Shown here: positions 17,929 through 26,743 of the stretch, one piece after another | Layout: the number at the start of each line of letters is the position of its first letter | Numbering within the stretch: the first letter of the stretch is position 1 | NCBI GenBank assembly: GCA_946185185.1 | Contig: CAMHIV010000001.1 | Location: 1 to 56,264, forward strand | Reading direction: 5' to 3' | Length of the DNA: 56,264 nt | Origin: an uncultured Treponema sp. | GTDB taxonomy: Bacteria; Spirochaetota; Spirochaetia; Treponematales; Treponemataceae | The notes under the pieces: model-generated | What the model was told of the DNA's origin: nothing | The model's database searches: none | Seen by the model: only the letters and a program-made list of their open reading frames with translations | Made by a program: the position numbers and the translations under genes

Positions 17929-18405
17929 ATGTTTATGATTGAAAAGAAATTATACGAACGCGTTGAACCAATGATGAATCACGCGTACATGCAGAAGAAA
18001 TGGTTTGAGGTGCAGTTTAAGCCGATTTGCAAGGAATTTGAAATTAAGAATTCCGAGCTTATGATTATGCTTGCTTTGCACTTAAATCATTCAATTAAGA
18101 CTGCTGTCGACATTGAAAAGTTTGGAGAAATGAAGCGCGGAAATATTTCACTTTGCGTAGATATTTTGTGCCAGCGCGGATATTTGCTTCAGACACTCGA
18201 CGAAAACGACAGACGATTTAAGCATCTTTCTTTAACACCAAAGGCTGATGAAATTCTGGCTAAGTGTGATGAAGTTCTTAATGCCTATTGCTCGTACATT
18301 TTTAAGGATATTCCAAAAGAAGAGCTTGCGGTTTGTGAAGGGGTCTTCAAGAAAATGAATGAAAAACTAAATGAACTTTACGGAAATATTTCGGGGGTAA
18401 AATGA
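17929..18405 (+). CDS. MarR family regulator
   Basis: wHTH with DENDRRFKHLSLTPKA; first gene of the efflux operon. Confidence 0.85.
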   Translation: MFMIEKKLYERVEPMMNHAYMQKKWFEVQFKPICKEFEIKNSELMIMLALHLNHSIKTAVDIEKFGEMKRGNISLCVDILCQRGYLLQTLDENDRRFKHLSLTPKADEILAKCDEVLNAYCSYIFKDIPKEELAVCEGVFKKMNEKLNELYGNISGVK

Positions 18406-19889
18406 AAAATATATTGATTTGTGTAGCTTTCTGTGTGTTTGCCGCTTCTTTAGGTTTTGCAGAAGCAGAAGTTTCTCAGCAGGAAAAATCTGTTCTTTCG
18501 CTTACAGTTGAAGATGCCGTTTCTTATGCACTTAAAAATTCAAAATCGCTTAAAAGCAGCGCCATTGATCTGGAAATTGCAAAGCGTGCATCGGATAATT
18601 CGTGGAATACATTTTTGCCGAGCCTGAGTGCAAGTGCAACTGCAGCCCGACAGAATAATATTGAATCAACTGTAGACAGCGCTAATAGTGGTGCTTTTTC
18701 TGCATTTAAATTGAGAGAATTGGATGTTCGCGTTAACGGAGCTAATTCTACTGATCCATTTGCAATGCTTTATGGTACAGATAATGCGGCGAATTTTTAT
18801 TCATTTAAGTCGGGGCAGCCCGTAATGTCTGATAATGAAACAAATCATTGGGCTGTAATCGGAAACGCATCTGCTCAGTGGAATTTTAATCTTGCGATGA
18901 TTGATGCGATTAAAATTGCTAAAAAGAACTACGAAGCCGGTGAAATAACCTGGGAACAGGTAAGCCGCGAAACAGAAGTGAATATCCGCAAAATGTTTTA
19001 CGGGCTTTTGGTTCAGCAGGAAAATTTGAATATTCAGAAGGATTCGCTTAATAATGCACAGGCACGCTGGAAGCAGGCGGAACGACAGTATAACAACGGT
19101 TCTGTTCCTCGGCTCCAGATGTTGAATGCTCGTGTTACTTACGAAAACAAAAAGCCGGACGTTCTTTCTGCTGAACAGGGATTAAAGCAGAACAAAGACC
19201 TTTTTGCGTTCCTTCTTGGTCTTCCTTATGGTCAGGAAATTGAACTGGTTGGCGGGTTGGAATTTTCTTATGTTGATGTAGACGCAGACAAGCTTTTTAA
19301 GGACTACATCAATCAGAACAAAGATATTCTTTCTTTGCAGAAAAATATGGAAATCCTTGAACTTTCAATCAGAGCAAAAAAACTTTCTACATTCACACCT
19401 AGTCTTTCTATTGGCTGGAGCTATCAGCCGACCTTGTATGCGGCTGGTGAAATGATGAGTGATATTGGTCCATTTCAGAAAAGTGACGGCGGAAACCTTT
19501 CGTTCACGTTGGTTTATTCAAACCTTTTCAATATGCTTCCATTTTCTTCAAACATGCAGGAAATCAAGGATTTGAAGCAGAAATACAACAAGGTTCAACT
19601 TGGAATGGATCAGCTTTATCAGAATTCTGAAATCGAAATTCATAAGCTCTGTGACAAGCTGGATGTTGCAAAAGAAAATATTCAGGCAATGGAACGAAAC
19701 GTAACGCTCGCACAGGAAGCCTATGAATCAACCTTGAAGGCCTATAATGCGGGGCAGACAGAACGCCTTGAACTTCAGGATTCAGAAGAGTCTTTGAATA
19801 AGGCAAAGCTTGGTCTTATGAGCCAGAAGAATGAATATATTTCAACTCTGCTGGATTTGGAAACTAAATTGAACATTTCACTGAAATAG
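18402..19889 (+). CDS. TolC family outer-membrane efflux protein
   Basis: Signal peptide, LTVEDAVSYALKN, two repeats ending YNNG/YNAG...L. Confidence 0.87.
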   Translation: MKNILICVAFCVFAASLGFAEAEVSQQEKSVLSLTVEDAVSYALKNSKSLKSSAIDLEIAKRASDNSWNTFLPSLSASATAARQNNIESTVDSANSGAFSAFKLRELDVRVNGANSTDPFAMLYGTDNAANFYSFKSGQPVMSDNETNHWAVIGNASAQWNFNLAMIDAIKIAKKNYEAGEITWEQVSRETEVNIRKMFYGLLVQQENLNIQKDSLNNAQARWKQAERQYNNGSVPRLQMLNARVTYENKKPDVLSAEQGLKQNKDLFAFLLGLPYGQEIELVGGLEFSYVDVDADKLFKDYINQNKDILSLQKNMEILELSIRAKKLSTFTPSLSIGWSYQPTLYAAGEMMSDIGPFQKSDGGNLSFTLVYSNLFNMLPFSSNMQEIKDLKQKYNKVQLGMDQLYQNSEIEIHKLCDKLDVAKENIQAMERNVTLAQEAYESTLKAYNAGQTERLELQDSEESLNKAKLGLMSQKNEYISTLLDLETKLNISLK

Positions 19890-19901
19890 GAGACATAAAT
19901 T

Positions 19902-20816
19902 ATGAAGAGTACAAAAGTAATTGCAGCTTGTGTTCTTGGAATTTCATTTTCAGGATTATTCTGCAGCTGCGGAAACAAAAAAAAGGATGTTAAAGCAAAT
20001 AATGAACCTGTGGAAACAGTATTTGCGGTAAGTACTTATAAAGCGGTTCCTCGCACATTGGATAATTACCTTGAATTTGGCGGAAACGTTCAGACTTCTT
20101 CAAGTGTTGATATTTTCCCGGATGTGCAGAGCGGTAAGCTTTCTAAAATCAATGTAAAAGTCGGCGATAAGGTAAAAAAAGATCAGGTTGTAGCACTTGT
20201 TGATGCCAGCCGCGCCGGAATGGATTATCAGTCCAGCCCGATTAAAGCTCCTGTTGAAGGAACAATTACATCTTTCCCATATAGCGTTGGTGCAACAGTT
20301 GCGGCTTCTATGTCTGTCGGAAAAATCAGTTCAACTGGAACTTTGGAAATTAAAACAAATGTTGCAGAACGATTCTTGAGCCGTGTAAAGATGAATCAGC
20401 GTGCCGAACTTACTTTTGATGCTTATCCGGGAGTTGTGTTCCCTGCAAAGCTTGTTGAAATCGATCCAATTCTTGATGTAAATACACGAACCCTTGGAGT
20501 AAAGCTTATTCAGACTCCTAGTGATTCAAGACTTCGTGCCGGAATGTATGCGCGAATCAAGTTGATTACAGATACAAAGAAAAACACAATCGTAATTCCA
20601 CACAATGTAATCGTTCGCCGAAATGAACAGGATATTGTTTACATTGTAGATACTCTTACAAATACCGTAAAAGCTAGTCCTGTAAAACGCGGTATCCGTG
20701 TAGATGATAAGCAGGAAGTTGAAATGGGAATCACTCCAGGTGATCTTGTTGTAATCAAGGGACAGGCACTTCTTTCTGATGGTGCAAAGGTTAATGTAGT
20801 TTCAATTGATGAATAG
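19902..20816 (+). CDS. RND efflux periplasmic adaptor (MFP) lipoprotein
   Basis: Lipobox CSCG, VKVGDKVKKDQ lipoyl half, IKAPVEG, LRAGMYA. Confidence 0.9.
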   Translation: MKSTKVIAACVLGISFSGLFCSCGNKKKDVKANNEPVETVFAVSTYKAVPRTLDNYLEFGGNVQTSSSVDIFPDVQSGKLSKINVKVGDKVKKDQVVALVDASRAGMDYQSSPIKAPVEGTITSFPYSVGATVAASMSVGKISSTGTLEIKTNVAERFLSRVKMNQRAELTFDAYPGVVFPAKLVEIDPILDVNTRTLGVKLIQTPSDSRLRAGMYARIKLITDTKKNTIVIPHNVIVRRNEQDIVYIVDTLTNTVKASPVKRGIRVDDKQEVEMGITPGDLVVIKGQALLSDGAKVNVVSIDE

Positions 20817-20921
20817 CGGTGGTTGAGGAACTCGAAACCACCATAATAAGGTCATTTCGACAAGCCCTTCGATACGCCCTTCGACAAGCTCAGGGACCAC
20901 TCAGGGGTCACTCAATGACCG
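20817..20921. repeat. REP-like doublet with a triply nested member
   Basis: Unit at 20817-20839; then GGTCATTTCGACAAG[CCCTTCGATACG[CCCTTCGACAAGCTCAGGGACCA]CTCAGGGGTCA]CTCAATGACCG. Confidence 0.92.
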
Positions 20922-20939
20922 TAGCTTTGGGAGATTCAA

Positions 20940-23900
20940 ATGTCTATTTCTAAATTTGCTGTAAAAAGGCCAACAATGATTCTTATCATTTTTATGCTTT
21001 TGACGGCACTTGGTATTTATTGTACAGTTTCGCTTCCGGTTGATATGTATCCGGAAATGGATATTCCGTACATTCTTGTTTATACAAATTATTCTAACGC
21101 TGGTCCGGAAGAAGTAGAAAGGAGCGTTTCGCGTACGCTGGAAAGTTCCTTGTCAGGTGTTTCCGGTTTGAAAATGTGTAAATCTCGTTCTCAGACGGGT
21201 GCAAGTATTATCATCATGGAGTTTGAGTATGGAACAAACCTTGATGCGGCTTCTAATGAAATTCGAGATAAAGTAGATATGGTGCGAAACTATCTGCCGG
21301 ATGATGCAGATTCGCCGATTATCTTTAAGCTGGACCCTTCCATGATGCCGATTATGCATCTGGTTGTAACTGGGGTGCGAACTCCGGAAGAGCTTAGTTC
21401 TTATGTTGAAGATATTATTCAGCCTCGCCTTGAACAGGTAGACGGCGTTGCTTCTGTAACTGTTGTTGGTAACCGTGAAAAAGCAATTGTAATCGATGTT
21501 CCTCGAGACCGACTGGATGCTTATGGGCTTACATTCTCAAGTATCGCTCAGACAATCGGTATGCAGAACATTACAAGTTCCGGCGGTACAATTGAGCAGG
21601 GGGATTCCAATTATTCTATTTCTGCAGAAGGTACTTATAAATCTGTAGAGGATGTAAAAAATACTGTAGTTTCTCAGCCACGCAAGGCTAACGGCGATAA
21701 AGTTGATGTTCTTTTGCGAGATCTTGCAAATGTATATGAAGGTTACAAGGATACAACCAGCCTTGCTTACTACGGTGATAAACCTTCTATTCTTTTACTT
21801 ATAACAAAACAGTCTGGAAAAAACACTGTAGAAACTGCAAAGAAAATCCGCAAACAGATTCCGGAAATCAAAAAGACTTTGCCAACTGACGTAGAATTGG
21901 TAGAAACTGCAAACAATGCGGATGATATCAACAACACAATCAAAACTGTAGTAAACTCGTTGCTTCAGGGTATTGTTCTTGCGGTTGTAATTCTTTATAT
22001 CTTCCTGCGTTCGTTTAAGAGTACATTTATCATTGCGCTTGCGATTCCAATTTCTGTAATCGTAACTCTTTGTCTCATGTATTTCTGCGGACTATCAATC
22101 AACATGATGACTCTTTCTGGTTTGCTTTTGGGTATAGGTATGCTTGTCGATAACTCAATTGTAATCCTTGAAAATATTTTCAGTTACCGAGAGCGTGATG
22201 CAAAGCCGGAAGTTGCAGCTGTCCTTGGTTCGGAAGAAATGCTTGGTTCCATCACAGGTTCTACTCTTACAACAATTTGTATCTTCCTTCCAATGGTTAT
22301 GCTCAAAACTATGCTTGGTATGATGGGACAGATGTTTATTGCCTTTGCATTCTCTATTATCTTCTCTTTGCTTTGTTCGCTTGGAGTTGCAGCAATCTTC
22401 GTTCCGGTTCTTTCTTCTAAGTATCTTGTAATTGGAAAATCTTCTACGATTTCAAAGAATAAAGTTGCAGCGGCTTTTGACAGTCTTATGGGAAAATTCT
22501 TTACATGGCTTGATAACGTTTATGCTGCAGGAGTTCGCAAGGTATTGCATCATCGAAAACTTACAATTCTTGTGGTTGTAGGATTATTTATTGCTTCGAT
22601 TTATGGAGTTACTGTAGTTGGATTTATCTTTATGCCGGAAGTTCCTTCTACACAGGTTATTGTAGATTTGAGTATGCCTAAGGGAACTACAATCGATGTT
22701 ACTCGTGAAGTTATTTATCAGATGAAGGAAAATGTTCTTCCTGAGCTTAAGGGGGTTAAGTTTACGACAACTTCTGTCGGTGGCTCAAACATGCTCAGCA
22801 GTGCTTCGGATTCGAATACTGCAGAACTCACAGTTACGCTTTATAATGAAAATGAACGTGAACCGGGTTGGGATAACGAAGAATCAGCAAAAGAAAAGTT
22901 CCGAAAATATTTTTCATCGTTCCCTGGCGCTGAATTCACTTTTGGAACCGGAAACATGAATCCTACTCAGTCTGCAATTGATGTAGTTGTTCGTTCTGAT
23001 AACCTTGATTTGGCGCGAACTACTGCCCGGGAAATTCAGCAGATTATTAAAGATTATGCTTCGGATTATGTAAATGAAACTACAATCGATCTTGAAGACG
23101 GGCTCCCGGAACTCAAAATCAACATGGATCGAAACCGCATGTATGAGCTTGGGATAAACGCATATTCTGCCGGTACAGAATTGAATGCCGCAATCAATGG
23201 TAAAACTGCCAGCCGCTTTGATGATCACGGTACTCAGATTGATATGATTGTTCGCCTTGATCCGGCCGATAAACAGAAGTTTGCCGATTTGGAACAGCTT
23301 TATGTTATGAGTTCAACCGGACAGCGAATACCGTTTGCAAGTTTTTCACGCTACGAAGAAACATTGGCTCCGGTTCAGATTCGCCGCGAAAGCCAGACAC
23401 GAACCATTCGTATTTCTTTGCAACCAAAGAAAGGCTTCTCTCTTAATGTTGTTCAGCAGAATGTTGATAAGGTAATTCGAGAACATATTATCCAGGATGA
23501 AAACGTAATTATTTCTTATGACGGTTCATACAAGGACATGGTTGAAGCAATTCAGAAATTCTCCGTTGTAATCATTATGGCGGCTTGTCTTGTATTTGCG
23601 GTAATGGCAAGTCAGTTTGAATCGTTTAAGGATCCGTACATCATCATCTTTACAATTCCACTTTCATTTATCGGGGTTGTATTGATTTACCTTCTTACAG
23701 GAACAATGATGAACGTTGTATCTGTTGTAGGTATGCTGGTATTGGTAGGTACAATCGTAAATAACGGTATCGTTCTTGTAGACTACACGAACCTGCTTAG
23801 AAAGCGAGGTTATAATCTTGAAGAAGGTTGTGTTGAAGCGGCTCGTAACCGTCTGCGACCAATTCTTATGTCTACGCTTACAACAATTTGTTCTCTTATT

Positions 23901-24326
23901 CCTATGGCATTCTTCCCAGGTGAAGGTGGAGCAATGACTCAGCCGATTGGACTTACAGTACTTGGTGGTATGAGCTTTGGTTCTCTTATGACATTGTTTG
24001 TAATGCCGGTAATTTATTACAACTTCAATATCAAGCGTGAACGTAAGATTGTAGAAGAAAGAGCTCGCGAAAAGCTTGAGCACAGTTTTATCGATGATGA
24101 AGAATTTGTAGAAAAAGAAATCTTTAAGACTAGTGAAAAACCTGTTGCAAAAGAAGTTGAAAAAAAGCCGGAAATCGTGCAGGTTCTTGCGGAAAAGGCA
24201 AAGGCTCCTAAGCCGAAGCGCCATAAGGATTTTGCAAAAAAACTAAAGGAACTTCAGACTGCTTTGGCAGATGTTACTGAAATGATTACAAGCGATAATC
24301 AGGAAGGTGAAAATGAAAAGAATTGA
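20940..24326 (+). CDS. RND efflux permease (AcrB/AcrD/AcrF family)
   Basis: GMLVDNSIVILENI, VNNGIVLVD, RLRPILMSTLTT; 12-TM layout plus a charged C-terminal tail. Confidence 0.95.
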   Translation: MSISKFAVKRPTMILIIFMLLTALGIYCTVSLPVDMYPEMDIPYILVYTNYSNAGPEEVERSVSRTLESSLSGVSGLKMCKSRSQTGASIIIMEFEYGTNLDAASNEIRDKVDMVRNYLPDDADSPIIFKLDPSMMPIMHLVVTGVRTPEELSSYVEDIIQPRLEQVDGVASVTVVGNREKAIVIDVPRDRLDAYGLTFSSIAQTIGMQNITSSGGTIEQGDSNYSISAEGTYKSVEDVKNTVVSQPRKANGDKVDVLLRDLANVYEGYKDTTSLAYYGDKPSILLLITKQSGKNTVETAKKIRKQIPEIKKTLPTDVELVETANNADDINNTIKTVVNSLLQGIVLAVVILYIFLRSFKSTFIIALAIPISVIVTLCLMYFCGLSINMMTLSGLLLGIGMLVDNSIVILENIFSYRERDAKPEVAAVLGSEEMLGSITGSTLTTICIFLPMVMLKTMLGMMGQMFIAFAFSIIFSLLCSLGVAAIFVPVLSSKYLVIGKSSTISKNKVAAAFDSLMGKFFTWLDNVYAAGVRKVLHHRKLTILVVVGLFIASIYGVTVVGFIFMPEVPSTQVIVDLSMPKGTTIDVTREVIYQMKENVLPELKGVKFTTTSVGGSNMLSSASDSNTAELTVTLYNENEREPGWDNEESAKEKFRKYFSSFPGAEFTFGTGNMNPTQSAIDVVVRSDNLDLARTTAREIQQIIKDYASDYVNETTIDLEDGLPELKINMDRNRMYELGINAYSAGTELNAAINGKTASRFDDHGTQIDMIVRLDPADKQKFADLEQLYVMSSTGQRIPFASFSRYEETLAPVQIRRESQTRTIRISLQPKKGFSLNVVQQNVDKVIREHIIQDENVIISYDGSYKDMVEAIQKFSVVIIMAACLVFAVMASQFESFKDPYIIIFTIPLSFIGVVLIYLLTGTMMNVVSVVGMLVLVGTIVNNGIVLVDYTNLLRKRGYNLEEGCVEAARNRLRPILMSTLTTICSLIPMAFFPGEGGAMTQPIGLTVLGGMSFGSLMTLFVMPVIYYNFNIKRERKIVEERAREKLEHSFIDDEEFVEKEIFKTSEKPVAKEVEKKPEIVQVLAEKAKAPKPKRHKDFAKKLKELQTALADVTEMITSDNQEGENEKN

Positions 24327-24621
24327 AATTGTGATGACTCAGGCAATTGAGGTAGATTTTGTAAACTTGTGGGAACGAGCCTGCCGAATTGCCGATATAA
24401 AATGCAAATACACAAAAATTGATAACGTCATGGGGCAGGGAAATTCAAATCCAAAACTCGGTGATGCAATCTGGCCGCAGCTTAATGTTATGTTCATTTT
24501 GATTATTGAGGAAAAATATGTAAATATGGTCCGAAATATCATGAAAACCCTTCATACAACTTATGTTGGAGAGGGTGCTGCAGCTTTTATTAGTGATATT
24601 GCTAATATTGAAGAGCTGTAA
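24313..24621 (+). CDS. PII-like transporter-associated protein (PG0541 type)
   Basis: YTKIDNVMGQGNSNPKLGDAIWPQLN; overlaps the end of the RND gene. Confidence 0.7.
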   Translation: MKRIEIVMTQAIEVDFVNLWERACRIADIKCKYTKIDNVMGQGNSNPKLGDAIWPQLNVMFILIIEEKYVNMVRNIMKTLHTTYVGEGAAAFISDIANIEEL

Positions 24622-26742
24622 TTACCTGAAAATCGAAGTGCGGAAAATTTTTATGTGGTTGGCTTTGCTTACGGAGTAGAATCGGATTTCTCCCGTTTTA
24701 TGCACTGCCAGCTTTACTAGCGAATCATTCGACTGTTTGGCGAGCATAAGTGGCTGACCCAGGATTTTTTCCAGTACTTCAGAGTTTTTTTCATCCGGCA
24801 TTGTGAGTTCAATCATGTCGCCGGATTGAATTGCATTTTCCAAAAGGTGCAGTTTTCCTGAATAATTCATACCGTCTGCTTCCAGGATTTCTATTCGTAC
24901 GGTTTCCGGATTCAGCTGTTCTTCATTTAAAATTACTTTGCGCTCGATGCGTGTCATCAAACCTTCGTACTGTTGTTTAGTTAATTCCATTGAATCAAGT
25001 TTTTCAATCAGGCGATTTTTGAATTCCTGCATTTTTTTTGCGGATTCAGAAAAATCAGGTTCTGTGACATCGAGCATTGCGTCGTCAGAAAAATAGTTGG
25101 TTCCATTTTTTACAAGCGGATAATTTATTGTATCAATCTGCTGGGCTGGTGTTTTCAGCGTTCCCATAAAATCCAAGCCGGACAATTTTATAAACGATTC
25201 AGGTTCTTCGGTAAGTGGAATATTTAAAAGGAATACCCCGGGTGCAAGTTCCATTTGAATAAATGGCGCAATCTTTGGATTGTTCTGCACGATGCGTTCC
25301 AGTTTTTCATCAACTTTAAGCACATAGCCCTTGTACAAAAGAGCTGAAGAGTAAGATTTCTGCCATTCTTCGATATTGATTTCAAGGTTCTGTGGGATTT
25401 TGTAATTGTTGTAAAGAAGAAGCTGATCCAGAATCTGATTTTTTGAAAAATTCTTGTCAAAAGCCCGACTGATTGATTTGCGGGTAATTTCAAATTCGGT
25501 AACAGTGCTGGAATTTCGCACATCCATGAATAATACGAGTGGCAAAAGCTCAGCAAGTGAAAGCCCCGGCATTATTGTTATGGAAGTTCCCGCATTAATG
25601 TTCAGGATTCCTTTTTTCTGTTCCGGCGCAAGATTCATCGGGCGATTTAAAAGAACTGCTCCAGGAATAAGAATCGGTTCGTTGTTTTCCGTTTTTCCGG
25701 TTTCTGCAAAAATACCAAAGGCGATTGCGTTTTCGATAATGGCTTCTTCAATTTGACCTGAAAATTCAACTGGTTCGGCTTTTTGCAAATGGCTTTCCAG
25801 AATTCTCGAAAATCTGCTGCGGGCCGGGCGTCTGTCTTCATCTGGTGTTTTGTTGCTAATCAGAAAAGCAATTCGTAAAAGGGAAGATTTTGAAAGCCCG
25901 CTTTGTGGAATTGATGAAGCAACATCCAGTAAAAGTTGTGTCTGGTTTCTGAGTCCTTCGCGACCCAGACGAACTGCTGCTGCGGTACTCAAAAAGGCGT
26001 ATTGCATCAATTCTGAATTTTCAGAAAAAACTTTGAATCGCTTTTCGTCGATTTCTACGGATTTTTCCCCAAGCTTGAGCAGTTTAAGATTTACCATTCC
26101 TTTGAAAAGCAGTTCCAGAATATTCTGCTTTCCCGGAAAAATCTGTTCCAGCCGTTCCAAATCCTTTTTTTTGAATTGCGTATTATTTCGGCATAAATCC
26201 GGGTTTTCATAGATGTAAGAAATGAACGAAGCTATGAAAAGCGGAGAAAGTGCAAAGGGGGTATTAAAATTGTGTTCTGCAAAAACAGGTTCCGGAAGGA
26301 GTTTTTTTACATTGATAAAAGGTTTGAGTGTGTCTTCAAGAATCGGGTTTAGTGCGATTAAACTTTCGTCACGGTCGTTTTTGTAAGAATAAATTATGAG
26401 TCGCTCACTTAAATTTAAAAGCTCTGAATAAATGTCAGAAACAGGGTATTCAGTTTTAAAAAAATCAGTAAGCTTGTCTTTTGTTGCGTCTTTTATTGAT
26501 GCGATTGCTGAAATAATTTTTATGTCGAAATCCGAAAGGTAGGAAATGATTTTTTCTTTGTTCTGTTCTTTGCGAAGAATTGAACTAAGCTGCTCAATCA
26601 ATTTGTCCTTGTTGAACGGAGTGTGAATTTCCCCGATATAAATGCGCATGATTTCAAAAAAGCGTTCGTCGCTAAGTAGAGACATTGTATTGCGCCATCG
26701 GATTATTCGCTGAACTTTTGGATCTTCGTTTTCTATCTGCAT
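24622..26742 (-). CDS. Helicase-associated domain protein (XPB partner)
   Basis: FEITRKSISRAF...IPQNLEINIEEW resembles the Helicase_C_3 domain; 1-bp gap after the XPB gene. Confidence 0.7.
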   Translation of the reverse strand: MQIENEDPKVQRIIRWRNTMSLLSDERFFEIMRIYIGEIHTPFNKDKLIEQLSSILRKEQNKEKIISYLSDFDIKIISAIASIKDATKDKLTDFFKTEYPVSDIYSELLNLSERLIIYSYKNDRDESLIALNPILEDTLKPFINVKKLLPEPVFAEHNFNTPFALSPLFIASFISYIYENPDLCRNNTQFKKKDLERLEQIFPGKQNILELLFKGMVNLKLLKLGEKSVEIDEKRFKVFSENSELMQYAFLSTAAAVRLGREGLRNQTQLLLDVASSIPQSGLSKSSLLRIAFLISNKTPDEDRRPARSRFSRILESHLQKAEPVEFSGQIEEAIIENAIAFGIFAETGKTENNEPILIPGAVLLNRPMNLAPEQKKGILNINAGTSITIMPGLSLAELLPLVLFMDVRNSSTVTEFEITRKSISRAFDKNFSKNQILDQLLLYNNYKIPQNLEINIEEWQKSYSSALLYKGYVLKVDEKLERIVQNNPKIAPFIQMELAPGVFLLNIPLTEEPESFIKLSGLDFMGTLKTPAQQIDTINYPLVKNGTNYFSDDAMLDVTEPDFSESAKKMQEFKNRLIEKLDSMELTKQQYEGLMTRIERKVILNEEQLNPETVRIEILEADGMNYSGKLHLLENAIQSGDMIELTMPDEKNSEVLEKILGQPLMLAKQSNDSLVKLAVHKTGEIRFYSVSKANHIKIFRTSIFR

Positions 26743-26743
26743 T

